IMG/VR virus record: IMGVR_UViG_3300029967_000119
Length of the DNA stretch: 20,000 nt
DNA from: an uncultured virus (IMG/VR IMGVR_UViG_3300029967_000119)
Lineage: Duplodnaviria > Heunggongvirae > Uroviricota > Caudoviricetes
Direction: 5' to 3' (one strand)
Position 1 is the stretch's first letter, and each line of letters opens with the position of its first letter. The position numbers were made by a program, and so were the translations under genes. Under the pieces are notes generated by a model. That model saw only the letters and a list, made by a program, of their open reading frames with translations. It was not told where the DNA came from and did no database searches. Positions 10,011-18,304 of the stretch are shown here, piece after piece.

Positions 10011-11471
10011 TTAAGCTGAAGCATTCCTCTGCCGCTCTTCAAGGATGTGCTTGAGCTCTTCATACTCAGAGTTTGCTTGCTTCTTCATCTTCTTTGCTTC
10101 CTTTCTCTTCATGAAGAAGTCTTCAAGGATGTGTGGCAATATGCCTTGCTTCTCTTTAGAGTAGACACTACCAGATGAAGTCATGATCTCATTCTCTTTC
10201 AGCTTGTATGTCTTTGGATCATGCTTCCCAAGCCAAGTCTCTGGGGATATGTTGAACTGGCGCTGTGTAGTTGGGTACAGAGATGCAAAGTCAAGTGCAC
10301 CGACATACTTGAACACACCTGGCCGGCTAGGCCAGACAAATGCCCCTTCATAGTCTGCTACTGGTATGTCTTCTTTCTTCTTTGTTGGGATCACCTTGTG
10401 CTCTCTGTATGCATACTGGCACATCACTACTTCAGTCGGTGCTACAGTTGAGAATGCCATGTTCAAGTCAATCTTGAGCTCTGCTGCAATTGTGAACCAT
10501 ATCTTGGCAATCTGGAGCTTCTTGTCGATCTGCTCTACAAGTATGGTGTCAACTAAGTTGTAGAAGACATAGTCTTTGTAGAACTTGTCATAGAACTCTC
10601 CAAACCCAACTGAGTGCTTCACCTTCTTGACACCAAGCGACTTCTCTGCAACAAAGTCAAGAGTGTTGTTCTCTTTCACCTTGATGCTCTGGTCCCACTT
10701 GCGATACACCATCAAGTAGTCATATATGAGCTTGTGAAGCGGCACCATTGCATTTGCTTGGACTGACTTTGCATTTATGCTGACTTGCTTGAACTCATGT
10801 GTTGGGCTCACACTCTCTATGTCAATCCCAAGCTTCTTGCATCGGTTGTAGATATATGTCCAGTCATACTCAAGGAAGTTCCAGCCAGTGATTGCAGGCA
10901 TTGGCTTGATGTACTCAACAAAAGCTTGGAGCATCATTGCTTCATTTGGATACTCACAATACTCAAACTTGTAGTCATGCGTCAAGTCTGAGTATGTCTC
11001 AAGCTTCTCTTGGATGTACTTGAGCTCATCTTCAGTGAGAGGCTTCTTCCCAAAGCAGACAGTGTTTGGATACTTAGTTATTGCAATCGTGTTGATCTCA
11101 TTGTCTGCATCCTCTGGACTTGAGAATCCCTCATCACTCACGGCTGTCTCTATGTCACAGAACCAAGTCTTTGGGGTGTTCACCTCAAACATTGGGTTGA
11201 TGTAGTCACCAAATGAGCAAAGTATCTCATTGAGCCTCATCTCATTGAGAGACTTTGTTGGGTACTTTGTCACAAACTTGTTGTCATAGCTCTTCCAGTA
11301 TGGATCTGCATTCTTCCTTGTGCTGTACTTCCATGCAAACATCTGCTCAAACGGGACCTTGTAAGTCAGATATGAGATGTTGCCTTCTTTGTTCACATAA
11401 GAGATTATGAGCTCTTTAGTCAAGTTCCCATTGTCATCTATGCAATCTCTCTGCTGCTTTGAAACTATCAT
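10011..11471 (-). CDS. Family B DNA polymerase, N-terminal half (3'-5' exonuclease plus motif A); split gp43-like
   Basis: ExoI CDIET, ExoII GWNFLEYDW, ExoIII YNLVDT, YEGAFV, motif A DFASLYP, NISPET, KQGILP..LEDFFMKRKEAK, then TAA. No YGDTDS motif C and no thumb domain. Confidence 0.92.
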   Translation of the reverse strand: MIVSKQQRDCIDDNGNLTKELIISYVNKEGNISYLTYKVPFEQMFAWKYSTRKNADPYWKSYDNKFVTKYPTKSLNEMRLNEILCSFGDYINPMFEVNTPKTWFCDIETAVSDEGFSSPEDADNEINTIAITKYPNTVCFGKKPLTEDELKYIQEKLETYSDLTHDYKFEYCEYPNEAMMLQAFVEYIKPMPAITGWNFLEYDWTYIYNRCKKLGIDIESVSPTHEFKQVSINAKSVQANAMVPLHKLIYDYLMVYRKWDQSIKVKENNTLDFVAEKSLGVKKVKHSVGFGEFYDKFYKDYVFYNLVDTILVEQIDKKLQIAKIWFTIAAELKIDLNMAFSTVAPTEVVMCQYAYREHKVIPTKKKEDIPVADYEGAFVWPSRPGVFKYVGALDFASLYPTTQRQFNISPETWLGKHDPKTYKLKENEIMTSSGSVYSKEKQGILPHILEDFFMKRKEAKKMKKQANSEYEELKHILEERQRNASA

Positions 11472-11492
11472 CTGTCTTGTCTTTTAAGTGTC

Positions 11493-11897
11493 TTATGCTT
11501 CCTTCTTCACCAATGTCACAAATGGACATGTTATGTATGCATTTGCAATGATGTAGTCCTTGAAGAACTTCCTGAACCTCTCCCAAGCTTCTTCACCCTT
11601 GACAAGTATGTCAAAGAATGGCCGATGCTCATAGTCTGTCTCCTGCCCAAGCTCGTACCAGTCTGCAAGCCTTGGGCTTTGGTACACCACATCAAGGAGA
11701 GAGTCATCTTCATTGACTGTAGATGCAGAGCCTATCTCTCCAGTGGTAGGAATCTCTTGTGCAAGCGCTTGCAAGAAGCTGTCAATCTCGTCATCAGATG
11801 AGACTTGCACAGAGACTAGGAAGCCAGGAGCGTCTTTGTTGATTATGAAGTCCTCATATCTAGTGTCTGACTTGAATGTTGTGTTCATCACTCTCAT
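11493..11897 (-). CDS. Hypothetical protein (134 aa)
   Basis: Fills the space upstream of the polymerase on the same strand; ATG start, TAA stop; preceded by a promoter-like motif. Confidence 0.75.
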   Translation of the reverse strand: MRVMNTTFKSDTRYEDFIINKDAPGFLVSVQVSSDDEIDSFLQALAQEIPTTGEIGSASTVNEDDSLLDVVYQSPRLADWYELGQETDYEHRPFFDILVKGEEAWERFRKFFKDYIIANAYITCPFVTLVKKEA

Positions 11898-11921
11898 AGC
11901 ATGAAATGTCTTAAGTTCTTC

Positions 11922-11984
11922 AGATTTTAAGAGAATCTATGTGGCAAGTCTTTGTGACATGGGCAGCTTGCTTGCATAAAATCT
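11922..11984. promoter_or_regulatory. Back-to-back divergent sigma70-like promoters
   Basis: Minus: AAGACT(11952-11947)-N17-TAAAAT(11929-11924)CT. Plus: GTGACA(11954-11959)-N17-TAAAAT(11977-11982)CT. Confidence 0.6.
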
Positions 11985-11986
11985 GC

Positions 11987-13780
11987 ATGGAGAAGTTTGA
12001 AGACATAAGAGTCAATGTTGAGAGCTGGGCTAAGCAGCACCTAGACAAAGAGTTCCAGTTCAGAGAGTACCAACTTGACATCATCACTTCTATCATATAT
12101 AGGATAGTCAATGACAACACACAGACACAGATAGTTGAGGCGCCTACTGGCTCAGGCAAGTCTATACTCTGCATTGTTACAGCAGGTGTCCTTGCAGAGC
12201 ACTATGGCAAGACTTCATACATCCTCTGCTCAGACTTGTATCTCTGGTCGCAGTATGAGGCATTCATATCAAAGAATGGGTTGCCATTTGGAGCACTGAA
12301 AGGGCAGTCAGGCAACTATGTCTGTGAAGCAAATGGCCTTGATGTGAAGCTTGGTGCATGCAAGATTGAGAGGATTTCATGGGGGCAACTCTACAAGAGA
12401 GACCAAGCCACAAAGCTAGGATATGCTTGTGCAGATTGCTGTGAGTATGTGCTAGCTAGGAGGAGGGCCCATGAGAGCAAAGTCTGCTTGATGACATACC
12501 AGCTCTGGCTGTATCAGATGAATGTCGTGAAGAGTGAGAATGGCAAGAAAGAGTTCAGCTCAAGAGATGTGCTGTTCTGTGATGAGTGCCACAACGTGCC
12601 AGAAATAGTGTCAAGCTTCTCATCGCCAGTCGTGAGCCCACAGAGAGACTTCCCACACTTGTGTGAGCTCTGGAAGCTTATGCAAGGCAAGCTTGATGAC
12701 AATGCTGTGGCCGATGAGATGCTTGAGAAGCTCCAAGCATCATTCAATGATTTGTGGAATGCAGAAGAAGACCAAGAGGTCTATGCTGCTTTCAGCAAGT
12801 ATGCAAGCTATGTGATGAGCCTGCCTACACTTGACACATGCACAGACATGGTCCTCAACCTGTCTAAGTCAAAGAGGCTCTCTAAGAAGCAGATGCACTT
12901 GCTGCAAGATGCTGATTATGTCTGCTCACTCAGGAGCAGGATAGAAGACTTCTTGGTGTCAGTTGGTGATGGAGGAATTGAGACATTAGCTAAAGACAAC
13001 AGCTTGAGCAAAGATGGGCACAAGTCAGTCACACTCTCATGTGTGAAAGAAGACTATCTCTGCAACAAGTATCTCTTTGGCAACACCAAGCATGCTGTGA
13101 TGATGAGTGCAACAGTCGGCCAGAAGGATGCATTTGATGAGAATGTCGGCATTGCACTCACAAGGTCTCAAGACAGCATCATGATGCGGGTGCCTTCTAC
13201 ATTTGACTTCACAAAGTCTCCAATCTACTCATCAAGCAAGTGCTCGATGGCTCTGAAGCACCTTGCACAGAGCTTTCCAAAGGTTGCAGACATGGCTTTC
13301 AAGCTGATGTGCCTCCACAGAGAGCAGCATGGCATCATACAGACCGGGTCATACAAGCTAGCGATGCAGTTGTATGACATTGCTTCTGAAGAGTGCAAGG
13401 CTAGGATGTTGCTCTACAGTGGCAACATAGAGAAGCAAGAGATGATTGCCAAGCTGAGGAGCACTCCTGGGCTTGTGCTTGTTGGCCCGACTCTCCTTGA
13501 AGGGATCGACCTGCCTGGTGACTTGTGCAGGTTCATCATCATAATGAAAGTGCCATTTCCAAACTTGGGCTCTGAAGCGACAAAGAAGAAGCTCAAGCTG
13601 TTCCCAAAGTGGTATGAAGGCAAGGCAAGCATGGGCATCTTGCAAGGCATAGGCCGTGGCAACAGATATAGAGAAGACTGGTGTGTGACTTACATACTTG
13701 ACTCTTGTTGGAGAAGGCTCTATGCACAGCACAAGGATGCATATCCCAAAGAGTTCCAAGAGCGGGTGAAGTTCATCTAG
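11987..13780 (+). CDS. DinG/Rad3(XPD)/YoaA-family SF2 helicase with a putative Fe-S cluster
   Basis: Q-motif FREYQ, Walker A APTGSGKS, Cys cluster NYVC..GAC..ACADCCEY, DECHN, MSAT, EGIDLPGD.CRFIIIMKVPFP, QGIGRGNRYREDW, ILD. Start placed at ATG 11987 (MEKFEDI); the upstream extension in the track overlaps the promoters. TAG stop. Confidence 0.92.
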   Translation: MEKFEDIRVNVESWAKQHLDKEFQFREYQLDIITSIIYRIVNDNTQTQIVEAPTGSGKSILCIVTAGVLAEHYGKTSYILCSDLYLWSQYEAFISKNGLPFGALKGQSGNYVCEANGLDVKLGACKIERISWGQLYKRDQATKLGYACADCCEYVLARRRAHESKVCLMTYQLWLYQMNVVKSENGKKEFSSRDVLFCDECHNVPEIVSSFSSPVVSPQRDFPHLCELWKLMQGKLDDNAVADEMLEKLQASFNDLWNAEEDQEVYAAFSKYASYVMSLPTLDTCTDMVLNLSKSKRLSKKQMHLLQDADYVCSLRSRIEDFLVSVGDGGIETLAKDNSLSKDGHKSVTLSCVKEDYLCNKYLFGNTKHAVMMSATVGQKDAFDENVGIALTRSQDSIMMRVPSTFDFTKSPIYSSSKCSMALKHLAQSFPKVADMAFKLMCLHREQHGIIQTGSYKLAMQLYDIASEECKARMLLYSGNIEKQEMIAKLRSTPGLVLVGPTLLEGIDLPGDLCRFIIIMKVPFPNLGSEATKKKLKLFPKWYEGKASMGILQGIGRGNRYREDWCVTYILDSCWRRLYAQHKDAYPKEFQERVKFI

Positions 13781-13794
13781 AGTGGCAAGAGCCA

Positions 13795-13812
13795 CATAAA
13801 TATCTATAAATG
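13795..13812 (+). promoter_or_regulatory. Putative late promoter(s) CATAAATA / TATAAATG
   Basis: ATAAATA at 13796-13802 followed by TATAAATG, in the short gap before the baseplate-like gene. Confidence 0.55.
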
Positions 13813-13826
13813 TTTGGAGAGGGCTC

Positions 13827-14543
13827 TTGTTCTTCGAGTATTCAATAGATGACAAAAGCACAGTCACTGATCCTTCTGGCAACCAGCTCAAGGACCTGAC
13901 TATTTGTGTCTTCAAGAGAGATGCTGCTGAGCTCTCTGGAGCAAGCTATGTCAGGGTCTCTGACTCTTTTGACATGCGGCCAGACTTAGTCTCTATCATG
14001 GAGTACAGGGACAGTGGTGAAGGCACCGAGATGATCTTGAAGTACTCTGGCATCAGCAACCCATTCTCACTCTGTGATGATGATGTGCTCAGGATCCCTG
14101 ACTACTCTATGGCAATAGCTAATGTCTACACTGTCACTTCTGACACTAATGATGCTTCTAGCATGCATGAGCAGCTCATCAAGAACTACTACAAGTTTGC
14201 AGTCACAGACTATGATGGGTCTCCATCAAAGAGCTTGAAGGCACTCATGGACACAAAGATCCCATCTGGCAATGTCAACAAAGATGCTGTGACTTCAGGC
14301 TCTACACCTTATGTGAACACTGCTGGCGGCCAAGCGGTCACAATCAAGAATGGCAAGATCTACTTTGGTGACGGTGTAGCAACAAGTGCTGACCAATATG
14401 CTTCTGCAAAAGATGTGACAAGCGATGATGTGAACAACATGATCTCTTCTATAGTCGCATCTACAAGCTCTCCATTTGATGAGATGTGCATCTTCAACGG
14501 CACTAAAGTCGCAGCTATAGAGCGAGAAAACTACAAGAACTAG
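13827..14543 (+). CDS. Baseplate wedge protein, T4 gp53 / LysM-like N-terminal domain
   Basis: RPDLVSIMEY...MILKYSGISNPFSLCDDDVLRIP matches the RPD..S...Y....ILK.N.I.NPF.L..G..L.IP pattern of gp53-like proteins. TTG start after GGAGAGGG; TAG stop. Confidence 0.7.
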   Translation: MFFEYSIDDKSTVTDPSGNQLKDLTICVFKRDAAELSGASYVRVSDSFDMRPDLVSIMEYRDSGEGTEMILKYSGISNPFSLCDDDVLRIPDYSMAIANVYTVTSDTNDASSMHEQLIKNYYKFAVTDYDGSPSKSLKALMDTKIPSGNVNKDAVTSGSTPYVNTAGGQAVTIKNGKIYFGDGVATSADQYASAKDVTSDDVNNMISSIVASTSSPFDEMCIFNGTKVAAIERENYKN

Positions 14544-14736
14544 GAGGGATGCCCTAGGAATGCGACATTTGGCCCTAGTGGGCGGCTAAGCACAAAGATG
14601 ATTAACTAATCAAAAGTTAGATTTTGAAGGTTTGCCACTTCCTGGTGCAAAAATCAAAGGCATCATATTAATACAATCTTAGGCCCATAATAAGATAAAT
14701 TTTAATAACGAAAAAATAATTGGTACCAAACACATT

Positions 14737-15753
14737 ATGAAAATCAAAAAGTATAGCAGGGGCGATGTGACAACCACAACGCCGAAGTTCACAAAGAAAT
14801 GCTATGAGAAGATGGAGCTCTTGCAGAGGATTGCAGGTGCTACAAGTAGTGGCTTCATAAGGATATTCAAGAAGTCATCTAGCAACCCAACACCTTCTCC
14901 AGAGCCAACTCCTACCCCAACACCAGAGCCAACGCCATCTGATGTCACAAAGAAGTCAGCTGGCACTAAGGATGAGTTCAAGGACATCATCAAAGAAGCT
15001 AAGGCAGCTAACAAAGCCGGTACACCTATCGAGAACTTAGAGCTGACAATCTCTGAAGACATAGACTGTGGTGGCAAGCCAGGAGACTACTCGACAAAGT
15101 TCTACCTCAATGCCAAGAACACAACACTTGATCTCAATGGCAAGACTATGTCTAACTTTGACAGGATCTCTACCAACCTTGATGGGGCAGCCTTGACAGT
15201 GAAGAATGGCAAGATCAAGGATGGGTGTGTGATGACTAATGCAGACAATGTCACACTCATCCTTGAGGATGTCGAGATTGAGAGCACCCAAGACTTTGGT
15301 GTATGCACATATGGCATGAATGTAGGTGTCAATGCAACTGTGAAGGACTGCTCCATAACTGCTCTCTACACTGCAATCTATTGCACCTCTAAGCCCGGCC
15401 AGGATATCCTTGGCACCCTCACAGTAGAGAACTGCACTCTGACTTCTACTGATGAGACCCCAATCGCTCTCAAGAAGTGCAATGCAACAGTCACGAACTG
15501 CACACTTGAGTCTAAGTTTGCTCCACAGGAATACAAGAAAGTTGGATCTAATGGAACGAATGGATTTGGATATGGTGTGTCATTTGAGACTTACAGTGAT
15601 GCATCAGTCCCAGCAGAAGGAAGCTTGAAGCTTGAGAACACAACGATCAAAGTCGCTGACACCACGACTGGATATGAGATATTCAACTACCTTGGTGGTG
15701 CGGCAATCACTTCAGACAAAGAGTTCAAGACTACGACTGAGCTGACTGCATAA
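14737..15753 (+). CDS. Protein with a Pro/Thr linker and a probable right-handed beta-helix (pectin-lyase-like) domain
   Basis: PTPSPEPTPTPTPEPTPS linker; TLDLNGKTM; repeated strands LTVKNGKI, LILEDVEI, ATVKDCSI, LTVENCTL, ATVTNCTL, LKLENTTI. Start position uncertain. TAA stop. Confidence 0.65.
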   Translation: MKIKKYSRGDVTTTTPKFTKKCYEKMELLQRIAGATSSGFIRIFKKSSSNPTPSPEPTPTPTPEPTPSDVTKKSAGTKDEFKDIIKEAKAANKAGTPIENLELTISEDIDCGGKPGDYSTKFYLNAKNTTLDLNGKTMSNFDRISTNLDGAALTVKNGKIKDGCVMTNADNVTLILEDVEIESTQDFGVCTYGMNVGVNATVKDCSITALYTAIYCTSKPGQDILGTLTVENCTLTSTDETPIALKKCNATVTNCTLESKFAPQEYKKVGSNGTNGFGYGVSFETYSDASVPAEGSLKLENTTIKVADTTTGYEIFNYLGGAAITSDKEFKTTTELTA

Positions 15754-15777
15754 GCAAGGTGCAGCTTAATGACATGA

Positions 15778-15811
15778 AAAGGATGCAACTAAGTTGCATC
15801 CTTTATTTTTT
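15778..15811. terminator. Bidirectional intrinsic terminator between convergent genes
   Basis: 12-bp stem AAAGGATGCAAC / GTTGCATCCTTT with loop TAA, followed by a T-tract; it overlaps the TAA (15803-15805) that is reached only by TGA readthrough. Confidence 0.8.
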
Positions 15812-17563
15812 GATTCCACATGCCTTGAGAGCATCATCTGGAACTATGTCTATGAGCCTCCTCAACTTCAGGTCATTTACCACTTCTCACATCTTGTGCC
15901 TTGTGTATGCAATGAACTCTTTGTCATTCCTCTTGAGAGCATCATGCCAGAGTGCATACATTGCAAAGAACCTTCCTTTGAGCCTTGTCTTTGTGCTCAT
16001 GCCTTTTCCGAGAGATCCGGCTCTCCTTGCATCATGGTTCACACCATTCCAGCTCATGACTCTGTAGTCCTTTGCAAAGAATGACAACATCTCACTGAAC
16101 ATGTTGTCTTCACCTAAGACATAGTTCTTCTTTGGCATCCAACCTATCTCCGATGGCTCTACAAACCTTATCTGATGGCTGTCTAAGAAGCTTTTCTTCA
16201 CAAGCTTGCACCAGCAATAGACTCAGAGGGTGTTCCTCCAGTTCACATCCACTCTCATCTCCTCTGCCTCTGCTCTGTCAGGGTTGCCAATGTCATTGTA
16301 GTTGAAGACCTCTGTAGAAGGATTCTCTCTGACAGACTCAGCTGCATTGAGCAGCATAGTTGGAAGGACTTCATCATCACAGTCAAGGAAAGCAGTATAC
16401 TTCCCTCTCATCTGCTTGAGACCAACATTGCGAGCGACTGTGTTGCCTGCATTCTTCTGGTGGATCACCTTGACATAGCTGCACTTCTTTGCAAGCTCAT
16501 CAGCTAGCTTTGGTGTCTCATCTGTTGCACCATCATCTACAATGATGCACTCAAAGTTCTGTTGTGTTGCACCTCTGAGATTGGCTATGCTAGCTAAGCA
16601 CTTCTTGTAGAGCTCAAGTGGTGTGTTCCATGAAGGGATGATGAGTGACACAAGTGGAGAGGTCCACTCTTTGAGCCATTGCTCTGTCTCAGAAGTCCAG
16701 ATGTCTCTGTAGTCAGGATCTTGCTCTCTTGTGCCTTTGACTGTGTGCCTTGGCTTGCTGTGCTTCTCAAGGTGCAAGCCCATGTCTCCTTGCACTAACA
16801 TAGGCTTGGAGATTGGCAGCTCACTGTACTTGATGCCAAGCTTCCAGCAGCAGAAGTCGAATGACATCTGGTCTCTCCAAGAGAATCTCTTCACCTCTTC
16901 TGCCCACATGTCTTCAAGCTCTGCAACCTTCTGGCACTTCTTCCTGATGAACACACAAGTCTCTGCAAGGCCAGATGCAGGTGGAAGCCCTGCAACTCTA
17001 TACCTTGCAACTTGCTTGTTGATTGTGTCTCAGCTGTCTAGCTTGAGCCTCTTGATTTCAAGAGCCTCTTCATAGATGTCATCTCTCTCAGTGTGCTTGC
17101 GCATCCACAAGAACTGGCTTTGGCTCTTCTTCATGACGCTCTCAAGCCACCTCTTCACTTGCTTCTCTATCTTGACTCTGCCATCTATCCAGATAATGAC
17201 ATCATACTCTGGAAGGAGCTTGTGTGATAGAATCTTCACACACCGCTGCTGTCGGACTTTGTCTAGTTGCTGGAGCTCTTCAGGAATTGGCTTCACTTTC
17301 CATGCAGAACCCTTGCTGACTCTAGACTGGTCATCAGTGAAGAGCACATAGTCAGCATCTTTCTCTACAACTGGCTCTCTGACTGTGTCATATCTACCAG
17401 TGATGCATGTATAGATGCACCATCTCAATAGACTTGATTGCTGTGCTGGATGCTTTGATGATGCTAATGGCCTGGAGACAATCTTCTTAGTCTTGACTTT
17501 CAAAACTCTATGTCTGTGCTCAACTGGCTTTTGGACACAGAATGCTTTGTTCACTCCAGACAC
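15803..17563 (-). CDS. Two-domain glycosyltransferase: DUF616 (TOD1/MUCI70-like) fused to GT2; three in-frame TGA (17030, 16223, 15887); about 586 aa
   Basis: Three track ORFs in one frame. DUF616 motifs IYTCITGRYD, LFTDD, KILSH, IWIDG, KHTERDDIYEEA, [TGA], LAETCVFIR, RDQMSF. GT2 motifs VSLIIPSWN, IIVDDGATD, ARNVGL, FLDCDD, [TGA]VYCWCKLVKKSFL, GEDNMF. Ends KM[TGA]EVVNDLKLRRLIDIVPDDALKACGIKK-TAA at the terminator. GTG start uncertain. Confidence 0.87.
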
Positions 17564-17587
17564 TTAGTTTGGTTCTCTGCTAATTTT

Positions 17588-17977
17588 TTAAAGAGAAGCT
17601 TCTTCAGAGGTCTTCTTCTTTCTTCCACCACGCTTCTTTGGCTCTGCTGGCACTTCAACAGGCTCAGCTCCACCAAGGACTTCTATTGGTGCCTCAACAG
17701 ACTCTATGCACTCATCCTTTCCAGAGAGCTCATCTTCAAGAGCTTTCACTTCAACTGTCTCATCTGGTGTGATGACTGCATTGTTGTTAACTTCTTCAAC
17801 TGCTTCTGCAACATCCATGTTGAGATCCACAGCACAAGAGATGACTGCATTCTCAGATGCACCTTCTGCTTCTTTCTTCTCTGGCTCTTCCTTAGATGGT
17901 TTATTCTTGGTAGCATATATTGGATATACATGCACTCGTGTAGCAGTGCGCCCTATATAAAGGTTCCTTCTTACCAT
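17588..17977 (-). CDS. Hypothetical acidic low-complexity protein with a basic C-terminal patch
   Basis: 129 aa, E/A/V/P-rich, ending PKKRGGRKKK; lies between same-strand neighbours; TAA stop. Confidence 0.65.
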   Translation of the reverse strand: MVRRNLYIGRTATRVHVYPIYATKNKPSKEEPEKKEAEGASENAVISCAVDLNMDVAEAVEEVNNNAVITPDETVEVKALEDELSGKDECIESVEAPIEVLGGAEPVEVPAEPKKRGGRKKKTSEEASL

Positions 17978-17990
17978 AATTCTTTCTAGA

Positions 17991-18200
17991 TTACTTTATT
18001 ACATTATATTTCATGTCAAAATCCTCATCACTCTGTGTGAGATAGAGTATGCCTTCTACAAGAGCAACAAGAGATGGGATGCCTGTCCAACAGAATAAGA
18101 TGTAGAGAATCCCAAGGCCCACATGCCCAAGATAGAAGTGGTGTATGCCAATGCCTCCAAGAAGGATAGCAAACAGACCAGCTGCAATCTTTGATTTCAT
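17991..18200 (-). CDS. TM2-domain small membrane protein
   Basis: MKSKIAAGLFAILLGGIGIHHFYLGHVGLGILYILFCWTGIPSLVALVEGILYL is the canonical TM2 pattern. GGAGGA Shine-Dalgarno at 18215-18210 supports ATG 18200. Confidence 0.92.
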   Translation of the reverse strand: MKSKIAAGLFAILLGGIGIHHFYLGHVGLGILYILFCWTGIPSLVALVEGILYLTQSDEDFDMKYNVIK

Positions 18201-18227
18201 TAAAAACAATCCTCCAAAAAATTTAAA

Positions 18228-18273
18228 TATTTATATGTGTTTAGGGTATCATAGCACTCCTAGGCAATAAATA
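18228..18273. promoter_or_regulatory. Divergent putative late promoters
   Basis: Perfect T4 late consensus TATAAATA on the minus strand (18235-18228) and ATAAATA on the plus strand (18267-18273), facing the TM2 unit and the fibre gene respectively. Confidence 0.6.
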
Positions 18274-18304
18274 CAAGTATATTAAATTTCACAAGAAGAA
18301 ATAG

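Noticed and set aside
10050..10090. KKQANSEYE resembling polymerase motif B (KxxxNSxYG)
   Set aside because: It lacks the Gly, sits too close to the preceding RKxxK helix to form the fingers hairpin, and no motif C follows; probably coincidental.
11939..11986. N-terminal extension of the DinG helicase given in the ORF track
   Set aside because: It overlaps the divergent promoter motifs; ATG 11987 gives a normal distance to the Q-motif.
14544..14600. Short hairpins (AGGG-ATG-CCCT, GCCC-TAGT-GGGC) as a tRNA or ncRNA
   Set aside because: The stems are only 4 bp with no cloverleaf or T-loop consensus; no suppressor tRNA could be identified in this window.
6133..17563. Fragmented ORFs as pseudogenes or sequencing errors
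   Set aside because: Every break is TGA, always in frame, with no frameshifts and no internal TAA/TAG, including in an essential-type nuclease gene. Random decay or error would not give this pattern.
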